NCBI GenBank assembly: GCA_030141605.1
Contig: JAQGDQ010000538.1
Span: 1-64,000, forward strand
Direction: 5' to 3'
Length of the DNA stretch: 64,000 nt
From: Tubiluchus corallicola
Lineage: Eukaryota > Animalia > Priapulida
Part shown: in pieces, positions 1 through 44,000 of the stretch
Position numbering within the stretch: position 1 is the first letter of the stretch
How the letters are laid out: the number at the start of each line of letters is the position of its first letter
The notes under the pieces: model-generated
Databases searched by the model: none
Told to the model about the DNA's origin: nothing
The model's input: only the letters and a program-made list of their open reading frames with translations
Made by a program: the position numbers and the translations under genes

Positions 1-2
1 GT

Positions 3-63
3 TGTGAGTGCATTCATGATCTGTAATATAAGGTGTGAGTTCATTCCATGATCTGTAATATAA
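3..63. repeat. Short tandem repeat, ~31-bp unit x2 (may continue upstream of the window)
   Basis: TGTGAGTGCATTCATGATCTGTAATATAAGG followed by TGTGAGTTCATTCCATGATCTGTAATATAAG. Confidence 0.75.
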
Positions 64-1010
64 GTCCATGAGTTACAACTACTTTTAAGGATATTATGGA
101 TATTGATAATTTTTGCTTATGAGACAAGCGCACTGGCATAAACGTTTAGTGCCCATACCAAAAGTATTTAGGCCCTACCACTTAACTGACAACATTATTA
201 ACAGCATTAATTATAGTGAAACGCAAAATTATTCTGTGGACGACAGCTACATCGAGTAGACGTATCACGTTTGTTCACTTAATTGAGTTTGCTGCCCCTT
301 AGACACTATACGCCTCATTATTTAAAGGTCTTGGTTGAAGTATATATAAAAAAATTTCAACTTGCAGAAGTATTTGTCAATGCACATGCCGCGCTTATCG
401 CTCTTATGCTTTGCACCCACAATAAAGTCTCGCGTGTCACCTACAACATCATTATTTAAATTCATTCTGTGATAGCTGAAATACATGTTGAAGTTGATGT
501 AGCGATGTTCACTTCAGACTGATTCTAAAACACAATGGTGTTTTCACTAAACACTGCTATTAATTACACTAAAGTTGTACAAAGCATAAACTTTACATAA
601 TGAGAAATAGAAAAACAGCGTGTAGAAATCAGAACATAAATCACAATCTGATTTTAGTTAAAAATAAAGAATGAGCTAAAACAATTATTTCATAGACTCG
701 GTCTAATCGATTTGGTATTAATTTATGATGTGCTATTTTTTTGAAGTCTTGAACAATAAACTTCTAAAAAGGTCTATAACGACACACTAGAATTTTGGGG
801 TGCGCAGTGCGCATGGTTTGTGTAAATGTTGAAAAAAACAACTCGCTAAATAGTGATATTTTTTGAAGTATCCAGCAATTGTAATACATACAAAAATCAC
901 GCTATTTTTTATTGCGTCTAGGAGTTGGAGGTGACCAGAATATTTTGCCTGGTCCTTGAGCAGTGCGCCTAGCTACAGGTTTTAAACTAACGAAGAAAAA
1001 GAACAACAAA

Positions 1011-1050
1011 GCATGATGGGTAATCTTCTACACCGGAAGTGGCGGCCATG
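1011..1050 (+). promoter_or_regulatory. Putative ROCK housekeeping-type promoter: ZNF143/Staf-like site, ETS site, YY1-like core
   Basis: GCATGATGGGTAAT (1011-1024; reverse ATTACCCATCATGC, Staf-site-like), CCGGAAGT (1033-1040) and GGCGGCCAT (1041-1049) are clustered. Candidate donors follow at AC|GTAAAT (1133) and GAG|GTTAGT (1218). The ATG exon has its own acceptor at 4338-4339, so an upstream non-coding exon is needed. Confidence 0.55.
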
Positions 1051-4000
1051 CAGGAAAATAGCGGTTTCTAAAAGCGATTAGATGTCTGTTCCTTGAGATT
1101 GAATTTCTTGTGTGTTATGCACTCAAACGAACGTAAATAGAAAACGAATTGTACTCATGTGTTTTTTGATACTGTCGTTATGCGGAACACGTTAAATAGA
1201 TCGCAGTTTCGAGTGAGGTTAGTAGGTTCAGGAGTTATATTCTTACCTTTTGACTAATTTTGAGGTTTTCATCTTTTCGGTTGTAAATTTACTTAGATTT
1301 AAATTTTAGACGTAGAAATAAATATAAAGCTTAGTTTTTGTTCATGATGTTCTAATTGTGGCTAATTGGGAAAACTATATTTTTGGTACCGGTATGCCGG
1401 TAAAACTAAAAGAAAGCTAAAATTTCGCTCTGTAGCTTGGGTACCTGGTAGTGGTAATCTTTTAACCTGAAAAATTGTACTAAAGTTTAGACTAACGTTT
1501 CAAATTAGTTACTTTGAGTCTGAAATATAAGTCTAAGATTGTCTTAATGGGTTAACATTTTAACCAATTTATTACCGGTATCTTGTAACTCTACTTTTGA
1601 ATTCTGTTTTATGACTGCTCTGTGCATCTGTGTTTATATTTGCAGCAATATTTTTTCCTATCTATACGAAGTACCAGTATGCAAATACTAATTGTTGTAC
1701 TGGATTGGCAGAGACATGATCTAAAGGAAATAACACCTTATTACTTTTTTGCTATTATCTCCTTTATTACAGAATAGCTACCAGGTCAGAGAACTGAGTC
1801 AAAAACTGTGCAGTTATCCTCAAACCGAAATGAAAATTGCCGATAATTGTATTTTTGGTTCCATTTCATTTTTGTCAAAATGACTTGATAATTTTCGGTA
1901 GTATTTTTCTGAGGTTTTAGTAGTATTTATCCAATTTAAGTTTTCATTTCTCTTAGATGTTAAAAACTGCTGTGAAATCTTGGCTACAATAGCTAGCATG
2001 CATGCTAAAGTCAGTTTTTTAGTGCAACGTGCCACCGAAATATTTAAAAACCCAAGCTTAATTTTATTATTTACGAAACATAGGCTTACCGTAAAAAAAA
2101 TTTGGATTTACAGTGTTTTGCGTTTACCTGTTTCACGTTTTACTAGTTTGCGTACTTGTTTAATAGCTATACTATAAGTACTGCAAATTGAAGTTCTGAG
2201 ATTGTAGTTCTAGTTGCGGTTCTAAAACTGAACTGTAAATTGAATTTTAGGGTTCTAGTTCTAGTTCAGTTTTTATGCAATACAAATTTTCGTTGGCTAG
2301 CTATTTCGTCAAGTTAAGTTTGTATCGGAGTAAACGAAAGCAAACAACCAAAAGCAAAGTATTTTACTAATTTCAGATTTTTCTTAGTTTTTGCTAGTAG
2401 TTGGTTTTACAGAAATGATTCTGTCTCATTTTGGTATCGGTTTCCTGTTTCAAAAATTTTGGTTTCGGGTTATGATACGGATAATTGCAATCTGATCATG
2501 AATTCCTGATATCAGGATAGCATTTTGTATGTATTTCATTGTCAATGCGACGCAGCAGTGATGCACATGACAGATTGTTGCCAAAGGATAACTGTACGCA
2601 ATGGCAACGTTATCGCTAACTGCACCTGCAGTCCGCTAATTAAATTACTAAGCTAAAATCAAAGTGCCATATGTAATAAACAGTTTGGCAGTTATTTTCT
2701 GTAAATAATAAAATGCATGTAGCCTATTTTAGAACTTATTCATAATCTCCATAAAATCATCCTGTTTATCTTTCAGCTTAAATAGATAAATAGTTAAATC
2801 TTTTAATCGAGACATCTGACGAAGAGCGCACTCTGTCAGGCCACAAGTATAACATTTCTGCAGTTTATACCTTTGGCTGAAAATGAAAGAATGTCGCTAT
2901 TAGGCGTGATGTCTTGTCTAAATTTTGTTGTACCAGTATAACGCAAACTTTCATCTTGTAACTGACTCTAATTGTGGTGCAGTTTTTAGACTGTAATTGT
3001 GCTATGCAACATCTTGTGGCCAAATTACCTTGTATAAACCAAACATCCATCTTATAAATAACCCCACATACGTAGGTGTGTTTACATTGCAGGTTTTGTG
3101 TGTTTTTTCCAGTGCTTAGTTATACTTACTTTAAAAAGCTTTTGCGTCCCTTTCCGACAGACGATTTCAGTCATCGTTACTCTACTTGGGAAATAATACT
3201 AATGGGGAAAATTTGTAGAACTTTATACCCCAGAGAATTACGCAAAAAGTTTAGAAGTAAATCACTTCACAGCTTACACAATTGATAAGAATGTTTGTAA
3301 AGTAGTTAATTTCACAATGTTATACTAAAAATCATTTTCTGAAAATGTGACATTCTAAATGAAAAATCAACTAACTTTTATTGAATATTAGCATGATGGT
3401 CACTGACTTCTTAAGCTAGTTTTTCTTAAACTTCACGTGTAGGTCTGTCATAAGACCAACTATGTGCAAAACATAGCAGTTGAGTTGTCACATCTTTAGA
3501 ACCAAACAACTTTCAATTACTTCAGAATGATTTTATAAAGGTGATGATGACTCGTGGTAGAGTCAAATAATTGATAAATGTAAAAAAAATAAAGTTGCCA
3601 GGAAGTTACAGTTTGCTATAAAAGCTGAACATATGCATCAGAAATGGAATTTGATACTCTAGTTTTGTAAATGACAATCTCATTACTTCAGTTAAGTATC
3701 TAAAAACATTTGCCATCGGACGCTGATATCTTATATCAGATCGATTGTGCTTGTAAATGTACATCATAGATGCCCTGCAAAAAGTACTCCTGTATCCTGG
3801 CATCAAAAGAAATTAATTATTTATATTAGAATGAAAATTGGACCCAGAATACTACACTACTCTGCAATATTTCACTATTGATTTCTATTTGGGTTAATTT
3901 ATTGTCATACTTACCATTTTTCTAATAATTTTACATGTAACACTAGTTACAGGCATTGCTCAGTACATATAAATGACATTCAATCTTGGACGTAATATTT

Positions 4001-4095
4001 CTTTGAGAGACCTACTTTGAAAGCTAGTTTCAGACACACTGTAGCATCATTAGCAACTCTTCCAATTTTTGCGCACATTGTGTATGCGGTATATA

Positions 4096-4182
4096 CATGC
4101 ACACGCACACACCTGGATGCATGCACGCATGTACACACTCACACACCTACATGCATGCACACACTCACACACCTGCATGCAT
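4096..4182. repeat. Degenerate (CA)n/GCAT microsatellite
   Basis: catgcacacgcacacacctggatgcatgcacgcatgtacacactcacacacc...; explains the spurious His/Thr-rich ORF 4097-4321. Confidence 0.75.
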
Positions 4183-4359
4183 GAATCAAGCGTTAAAAGT
4201 CATTTACTCCTTCGTTAAAGTCATTTCATTGCAGTTGCATCTTTTAGTTTTACATTTAAGTTTGTTTGTTTGTTACAATAATTTTGTTTGTTATTGTGAT
4301 TCTGTATGGAACCAGCACTAACTAATATATGTGTTCTAGGTGACAAAGGTCTCTGAATA

Positions 4360-34964
<30,605 letters not shown>

Positions 34965-37244
34965 GATACAATGATTGAGAATGTGGATGATTTTCATTCC
35001 GGTGCTAACATGAAACATGGGGAAACCGCACAACTTGTAAAGAATTGCTTGCCGAGTAACAATGTCTGATACACGCTAAACTGGATACCTTGCCATATTC
35101 TTTAATAGTGTAAATTGTTTCTGACACCTGTTGGCAAGAACTTTTTTGTTGTCCTTGAAAATGTTTTTGCACTGCTGACAGGAAAATTGCGAGGTCTTTT
35201 TCCCATACCGCACTTGCCATATTAATTTTTTGCAAAAAAATGCACCTATAATCGTGTAACGGTATGAAGCTGTTACCAAGTTGTAAGTATTATTGAAAAT
35301 GGCTGGGCCTAATTGCTTTCTGAAATTTCGGGAAATAAAGCATATCAATTGTTACATTTAGCTAAAAATCTGGCTCAAGGTAGAATCGGTGCCTTATTGA
35401 ATGAGGTTAAAGTGATCATGTGCAAATTGGCAATGATTTTAATCTGTTGTCTTAATTGCAATTATGTTTGAATCATCTGAGTGTTTGAGTGCTGAGGCTA
35501 CTGTTTTATAATCAGTTTCAAAAATGTCGATCTTCTATGCATCACTGCATAGTACAAATTCTTTTGTTGTTGTTGTACATTATACAATTGGAAAAATTGT
35601 TATGTGTTTATAGTTTGGGGTGGAGGGTGGAACTGGCCTATGTGTATTTATCAGATTAAGTAATTAATGTCACATATTTATTATGTATTATATTAAATAA
35701 GACATTTTTCAGAGATTTGATGCTCTAATTTTGCTGGATTGTTGTGATATAGTCTTGATATTCTAAACCCTTGTAAAAATAATATTTAAAAACAGCATTA
35801 CGTGGTACCCTGCTGTGTTATTGATACTAATGGTGAATGGTGAATGCAGCTATATTACTTGCTCTTCATTTTTCCGCATTATAAGGTATAGGGTTAACTG
35901 GAATGAACAGTGTCCTTTTTTACTTTGTGAAGAAATCTTCAGTTTCACTAACTTAATTTATTGGCTTCATATGTAGTTGTAGCAACAGTGATTCTGTTTC
36001 TTTCAGTTGTTAAATATGAGTGATGATTGGTAGCCTTTGGCTGCTGACACACATTAACTTCTAGTTAAAATAACTTCAGTTATATGAGAAGGACACACAC
36101 ATTCATGACTGTAGCTGAACCACTCAGAGTCAATGTGTAAATTTGTCCATCAGTGAGAATGATTTTAACAGACTTCTGAACTTCTGTGACATACTAAGAA
36201 TGCTATATGTAAACTGTTGTTTCTGCTTTAGTAACCTGAATTATCCATGCATGTTTTGTGCTATAGCAAATTATTATGGGAGACGTTCAAAATGCTTGTA
36301 GAACCTCCACTTTCCATTGATGATATGGCCTACACGGCAGTTCTTAACCTTTGCAAACAGCATGAGTAAACTATTTGGTTGCACCAGTTATTCTTACTTA
36401 AGGGGTGAGAAAAGCGAAGTTGTATAGGTGCTCCTGTTGGACAAAGCGCCAGTGCACAGATTGTATTCTACATATTGATGACTTTCTAACACCCACTCTA
36501 TTCACCATTTATAATCTCCCAGCTTCCCAATCTTTAGATAGCCGCTTCTCTTTATTCTCGAATGTGTAGCCTTGGTGGAAAATATTTACGGGTCTTTGAT
36601 GAAGTCAGTCTGAAGTGATTGTTCTTCAAGAAGACTGTAGACTCAGCTTCCCTCCTTTCTTAATCTTAACTGCCTGATACTGCCAGGCAACTTTGTACAT
36701 GCCGTTTTCTGAAGGTCTACTAACCATTACATGACAGTTCTCTTAAGGATTGTAGCTTTGCTTTACACTGGTGCATCTATGATTCTTTTTATTCTATGCC
36801 TCTCCTGAGATGTACAGTATATTACTGAAATTCCGTTCAACTGTAATTAATTTTATTACGGTGACTGATATGGAAGCCTGCCATACATATCAGTGGACTG
36901 TATTATTACTATTAAGATTGAATGTCAGTAATTGTTTCAATTGTAAAGTGTGGGACGTATATTTCGTTTGACTTTGTTTTTGAAACTAATGCGGAAATTT
37001 CAATATTAATACAATTATTCAGTATAAAAGTCTGCAGTGTCTTTGTTTCTCTCACATTTTTGAGTTGGTGATTTCTGTCTAGAAGTTCTTTCCGAATGAT
37101 TATTTATAATAACTTAATCTCACTGTGTTACAACAAGATTGTAACTGTTTTGCAGAGATTTAAAACTGTACAATTGACAGCTTTGTAGCCTCCTCAGTGT
37201 AAATTATGCTTTACCACGATGTAGGTATGATTATTTTATATAAT

Positions 37245-37250
37245 AATAAA
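37245..37250 (+). terminator. Candidate ROCK polyadenylation signal (3' UTR ~2.3 kb)
   Basis: AATAAA followed about 25 nt later by GT-rich GTTGTTTGTGTATT; lies ~800 bp before the EPT1 start codon. Confidence 0.45.
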
Positions 37251-38025
37251 ATTAGCTGTTATTCCTCATTGGCGTTGTTTGTGTATTAGTATATTTCGAC
37301 ATATTGTTTTTTTTACATCTGCCTCTTGACGAAGTAGTAGTAGTATGCATTTGTGTAACAATTATAGATTTTAGCTGTAACTGAAATATTTTACTTTAAT
37401 ATAGCTATTTACAAAAATTGTCTTGAAATTTAAATAAGTGGAAAGTTTCTGTTCATTGTTACTATTGCTACTGTTCAATGCAATGGTGATAAACTAATAA
37501 ACTTACTGCCATTTTTATCACTTGCAGTGGTTTAATGGTTTCATTAGCATGGCTTCATTCCATAGTAGGAATTTCCGATGACTAACGCAAAAAAGTTTAC
37601 CGTTTGTCTAATATTGTTTTATTTTTACCCTACTGTTTAACAAAATTTAATGACAGAAGGACGAAACCCTGTGCGTCTCTTGCAAAAAGTTTGACTTTAG
37701 TTATAATTTTTGATGCCTTGAAATAGTTTTGTTGGTGCCACGACACGAAGCTTAGCAAGGTTTAGTATTCGCAGCAAGCGAACTTCTGGGCATTTTAAAA
37801 TAAAGTATTTATTTATCTGTTCGTACAACTGCCACATTTCTTGTATGTAACCTGTGCAACATCTGACGAATTCAGTTCTCACATTTAGAATTAAGTAATC
37901 GTAAATGATAACACAACTGTTTTCTGGGCTTTGTGTTGGTTTTTGATTTTTGTTCTTCTGATTAGGTATTTTCATTCAATGTGTAGCAGTCCTTGTAAAA
38001 TAGGATTCGGATAAAGTTGAGAAAG

Positions 38026-38073
38026 CCGTCTCTAGATGGCAATAAAACATCCGGTGCATTTTGCAAGATGGCG
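38026..38073 (+). promoter_or_regulatory. Putative EPT1 promoter: ETS site and YY1 motif overlapping the start codon
   Basis: CTAGATGGC (38032-38040), ACATCCGGT (38047-38055, reverse ETS ACCGGATGT), CAAGATGGCG (38064-38073, contains the ATG). Confidence 0.55.
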
Positions 38074-41000
38074 ATCAAATATTTAAATACTCTTCAGCTA
38101 GAAGGATTTGATAGCTATAAAGTAAGTTGTTTACGTAAATTAAGCTGTACAAGTCGTTTAAATTCTGCCATATGGCTGTTTGATTGTTTCCCATAACATT
38201 CTGAGATAATTAGTTAAAATCTTAGGCTCTCACTCACTATATTGCAGTCACTTGTCAAGCTGCCAGTGCCAAGCCCATGACGGGTCATGAGTGATTTTTA
38301 GTGGCTCGTAGTGAACTGATCTTACTCTTTCCGAAGCTGAGTAACAATCACTCTAACTTTGATTGATTTGGTTTCTAACTTGATCTTAATTGTGACCTGC
38401 TTTTTATAAATAATCATGAAGCTGTACGTCGACATTCATCTAATACTAAGTAATAGCTTTTCTACACTATACTCTAGACTATGAGTATAGTATAGGATTT
38501 TATGATGATAATGATGAACTCGTGAAGCCATCTTATCCGAGGAGCAGTTTTTTGGTTGTAAAAAATGTGACCACAGTTTGCCAAAGTTGTCTAACAATAT
38601 TTTTGTTAATTACGTTTAAAGAAACGGATTATAAACTACTGTGACTTACCTTTTCATTTTGGTATGGACTTCAAATTCAAACCGATTTATCTTATATCAT
38701 AATCACGTTAAACTGTCAGTAACAAGCAGTTACGTAAAATGATTATGTGAATTTTGTGTAATAAAAAATAATTAAAATTACTTGAACTGATACTCAAGTT
38801 CATTGTTGACAACAAAGTCTCACATCTTCCTCAAGTTTTTCCCAATAATCTTATCTTAGTTTTACTTTGCAGTATAGCTGTGTTGACACCTCGCCACTGT
38901 CACAGTATGTGATGCATCCATTTTGGAACCAAGTGGTAAAGGTAAGCAGTTGTATGACAAGTTAATTTCTACAAAATTCTTTGGTGTGCTATTTTTAGCA
39001 TCTGAGGCTTATTACATCATTGCAATAGAGCAGATTGAAATCCATTTCAGATATAAATCACTCCAAAGTTGCACATTTCTAGCAATATATGGGTCCTTTG
39101 CTGCTTGTTCCTACTCATTATTTTTATGTCTTAACTGTTAAGTCAAATCAAAAATAAATATGTAAATTGTAATATGAACTCAAGTGCTCTATGTGTCCAT
39201 CATTTTCATTGCAACCTAGGTGAAGGCAGTTTTTCTAATATAGTTTCTCACTTCTTTAAGGAGTATTTTGTTCCGGTGCTCAGCAATTTTTGTCTTTAGT
39301 TCCTTTGCACCAAATAGCTCTGTGCAACTGTTGTATGTACCGTTGCCTCTCTTTAAAGAATCCAGAGTTCGTAGTCCAGACGTATTATAATGTCATACTG
39401 TGAAATTTCGACTTTGTAGGACACTGCTAATATTATTGTAATTTAAATTTCGGTACATTTTTCTGTGCCTCTCAATATAAATGTTATATTATATATTATA
39501 GGTACATATAATACTATGTATACTATATAAGTGGAATATTATATACATATAATATATCAGTCGTAACTGTACCAATATACTAATAGCGATATAGAAGAAA
39601 TTTAGTTTTTAAACCTAATTAAATATCATTTATTTTTCAGATATTACCACTATGGTTGGCTCCAAATGTTATGACTTTTACTGGGTTTATTTTACTAGTC
39701 ATCAATTTTCTATTGTTATCGTACTTCGATTATAGCTTCTATGCAAGTTCCGACGACAAACCTCAATTCCCGCCAGTGCCTCACTGGGTTTGGTTGTTTT
39801 GTGCTTTTAGCAACTTTATGGCTCATACATTAGGTGAGTGATTAAAAGCTTATTAGTAGTTATAGAATTGGACAGTTGGTACTAGGGATGTTCAGGATAG
39901 CGATATGTATCGATAATTATAGGCATAACTAGAGCAATGACACCAGAAAATTCTTCTAAGGCCAAGATATTAAAAAAATGAGAAATGATAAGCCTTTATC
40001 TCATTAGTGAATTAATTTGTTAAAAAATTGTTGATAATGTGCCAACGTTTTGAAAATCTGCTTGTACAAGGGGCGGTTGTTCCTCTATTAGCTACACCAC
40101 TGCAGCAATCACAGAAATGAACTAAAACATATAAGGCATCATTAGCAATAATGATGCATTGCCTTCAAAAATTTATTTGTTTAGTCTGAGCAGTTTTCTA
40201 AATTAAGAATTAAAGTCAGTAAAATTTAACACTTTCCCAAACTCCCATTCTAATTGTTTCCAAAAATGACTTTTTCTTGACTCCCAGTTCCAAGTCCACA
40301 GCTCTCAGTATGATTTAACCTTCTTACTAAAGTGACTAATCAGATCTATTGATATATCAGATCTGTTATTTGCATTTAAGCATTCTGTACAAATACATGT
40401 TTGCCTACAATCACACAACTTTCAGCTTGCGCTTTATGCTGCTGATTCAGAAAAATAAATCTAAAGGCCAGGAAATATTTTATTCTGGAGATTGTCAGAG
40501 GGCATATTACTTTTATTTAGTTGTTGTCTAAGACTAAGGCTAAGGCTATTTTTCATTGTTAGTTCTAGAAAGGAACATATTTGAGGGTTTCGAAGTTTCA
40601 GAAAAAAGATAGTCATATTTCTCATTGTGTAGCAAATGACTTTATTATAAATATTACTTATATAATGTGCTATATAAATAACTGCCTTTTTGAATGCTTT
40701 GTTTGAACCCAATATCAGTATTGTTTTAGAGAATTATTTGAGCTTGTGATTGCAGATGGCGCTGATGGAAAACAGGCCAGACGCACACAATCTAGTAGTG
40801 CACTAGGAGAACTTTTTGACCATGGACTAGACAGCTGGGCCACGTTCTTTCTACCAGTAGCCATGTATTCAGTATTTGGTAGACTCGATTATGGGATGAA
40901 TCCGTTAAGGTTAGTGTCGGCGTTTGTTCTTTAATGCACCACATACAGCTAATTTGTAATTATGTGTAGGAAAGTTTCCCTTTCTTAAATTGTTTTGTTA

Positions 41001-44000
41001 GCTTATCGCTTCAGAAAAAAATTTCAGTATATTTATTGTTTTTCTAAAATAACTAAACATTACAAAATCAACCTTTTCGTAAAAATCGTAAATTCTGTTT
41101 TCTACTTGCTCTGCATTTACTTTATGTCATTACTTGATTGTTAAAATGTTGTTTAACCAATTTTCACTAGTATGTGTCTAATTTCACTTTTGTTTAATCT
41201 TAGCGGTATGAAGATTTAATAAAAGCAAGTACAGATAAGACAAGACGTTATAATATATACAGTTTTACGAGACTTATTTTTATTAATTTTTCAAAACACC
41301 AAACTCCATACCTTCTATGGAATATGAGGTTGTTTTAAATACATTTAAAACAGTTTAGGATGCAAAGTGCACTGTAGTTGTTCAGTTAATATATGATACA
41401 TTATGAACATGGGGTCCAGTACTCCGAAACATCAATAAATATAATGTCTTGTAATTGTATATTAATGAAGATAATACTGCAAAAAATTCTAAAAAAATAG
41501 TGCCAATGTTTTTGTGTGACAAGAATTTATGCAACAAGTTCCTGTTCACTCAGAGGGCATCCTCATTTACTCAAATTTCTTACTTGTAAGCAACAAAATA
41601 CTTGTTGAACCATTTTAGGTAAATGATTTAAGTTAAAGGGGAAGAAAAGGCAATTATAAGGTTCTAATCATCTAATGTTTCAAAAAATTTCTATACAGTT
41701 ATATTATTTAGCATTATGCTTACCTGTTTGAAAGAGATGTTTAACTTGAAAAGAAAATTCTTAATAATTTAAAATGTTCATGACAACTAGTAAAACATCA
41801 CTGGCTCACTATCCTGGTGTGCCCCTAAAAACATTATCAGCTAACCAGAGGATATATTATTAATTTTATTAAAGTGATAAAGTAATTTATACTTTTGCTT
41901 AGACAATGAAGTGTACACTACAAGTGCTCTGAATATTTTTTTGAACTTTACACAGTTTTATCTAAATTTCTTACCCAGGAACTGTTGGTTAAAATAGCTA
42001 CTCCTAAGTGTCAGCACCTGAGTTAAAATTTCAAGTTTGAAACAGTATTGCTGCTAATACAAGCCTTGTATGTAGTAAGACAGCATGTACATGACACAAA
42101 GTTTCAAAAGGAAGAATTTAAGTTGTATGTAATAATTCTTTTTCCTTGTTTTTTTAATGCATGAGATATTTGTTTCCTGTTTTGACACTATAAAAACTAA
42201 CACCTTTAAGAAACTAGGAAAAAACTACAAAATATGTGCCAGATAAAGTTGTACATTTGTGGTAATTGGTGATTATCTTGTTTTAGGGTGTATTTTATCA
42301 TATGGGCAGTGCAGCTAACATTCATAGTTTCTCATTGGGAAAAATACCTAACAAAAGTACTTTTTCTTCCATGGGGCTATGATATTAGTCAAGTTGTAAG
42401 TATTTTTTGCTCTGTAAATGTATACATGATATATGTAATAAAATATGTTCTGGACAGTACATTTCGTTTGACAAATTTTTTATATTGTGTTTGCTAGACA
42501 GTTGTGCATATAATGTAGTATAAGTAATCATATGTGTATGTATAAGTAGTCAGTGATTTTGTGCACTTGGTTACAAAATATCTGCAAGCACGGTTAAAAA
42601 CTGGATGAGTGACCATTGAGAAAAAGATTTTGCAGCTGTTAGTTATAAAATATCTGCAAGCTCAAACATTCAGAAAAATATTTTTGGGTTGTTTCATTCG
42701 TCATGTTGTGTTTGGTTTTTTTTTATTTGAGGAAACATGTATACACATCTAGAAGTGGATAAGATACCTCTGCGGTTATGTGTCTAATCTTTGAGGATTA
42801 TTACTAATAATGAACAAAGTTTGCTGTTCTACTACACTATGGACATTACATTCGCAAAGCAGTACTGTTGGCTGTCTGTAAACTTTATAAAAAATGCTTT
42901 CCAGAAAGTTGAAAGAACGTGAGTTAGGGTCAGAAGTATTATCGCAAATGTTGCTAAGACATATTAATGGAAGACGAAATAGTTGAGTGGCTAGATGGAC
43001 GTACCATTTGTTTAACATAGTTTCAATTAAGTTAACAAGAATACATAATAACGCTGCAGTCCTGTCTTCAGTCCACTATTGACTTGCCACAATGTCACTT
43101 CACAGAAATGAGACCTGATATTTTTAACTACATTGACCGTCATCATTTTGATGTTTTTCATTTTTTAGGTGATGACTGGTGTCTACTTGATAACATTTAT
43201 AAAAGGATACTCTTTATGGAAAGTCAGTATTCATGTTGGCGCAGTAGAACTTACAATTCCATTAGTAGCTGAATGTGGAGTTTATGGTAAGTTGGCAGTT
43301 CAATTTTATCTCTGTTGTAGAAAATAGGAAAGAAATATTTTCTCAGTAAAGGCAAAAAGCATACCTGTCTTGAGTGTCAGATTCAGGCTACATGAAATCG
43401 GAAAATAATCGGAGATCAGAAGTTATTTGCTTGTTAAATAAGAAATTGCTTATCTGCCCTAAATGTAAAGCAGTTACATTAACTTTTTTCTAACGAACAC
43501 AAAGCTATAAGACTATGTTCACAGGCTAGGTGGCTGACAACAGCAAATTTCAAATGAGCTCAATATCCATGGTGGTGTTTCTTTTTTCTTTTCTTTTTGA
43601 AATAGCGGTTCATGTGTGGTGAATACTGTGACATTTTTAGTTCGTTTTTGGGTTGATGCCAGCAGATAGTTTACACTTAGGATATCCAATGATGTTTGAT
43701 CGCTTATAAATATTAACAGTTAGCAGTATTAGCACTAACTTGTTATTAATTACTACTTTCATCAGCATTGCATCAGTTATACAGTTTTTAAATGTATAAC
43801 ATAAGAACATGAAGCAAGTGGCTGTTTATTCGTTTGACGATGACGATATATATTATTCATTCATTAATATTAAATTTTATATGTAAATTCCTACATAAAT
43901 ATTTTCTAATAAATAAATTAATTAATCCGGTGTGCCATACGTTTGTCCTGTGAAATGAAATTATAAGTTGTAATGCAAATTTTTTTTGTATTTTTGTGTT

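Noticed and set aside
125-972. Inverted GCGCACTG/CAGTGCGC pair as MITE ends
   Set aside because: Only about 10 bp match and no TSD; could be a decayed element but cannot be supported.
1380-2500. Scattered AAAACT/AGTTTT/ACCGGT motifs resembling decayed hAT MITE arrays
   Set aside because: No definable termini or TSD.
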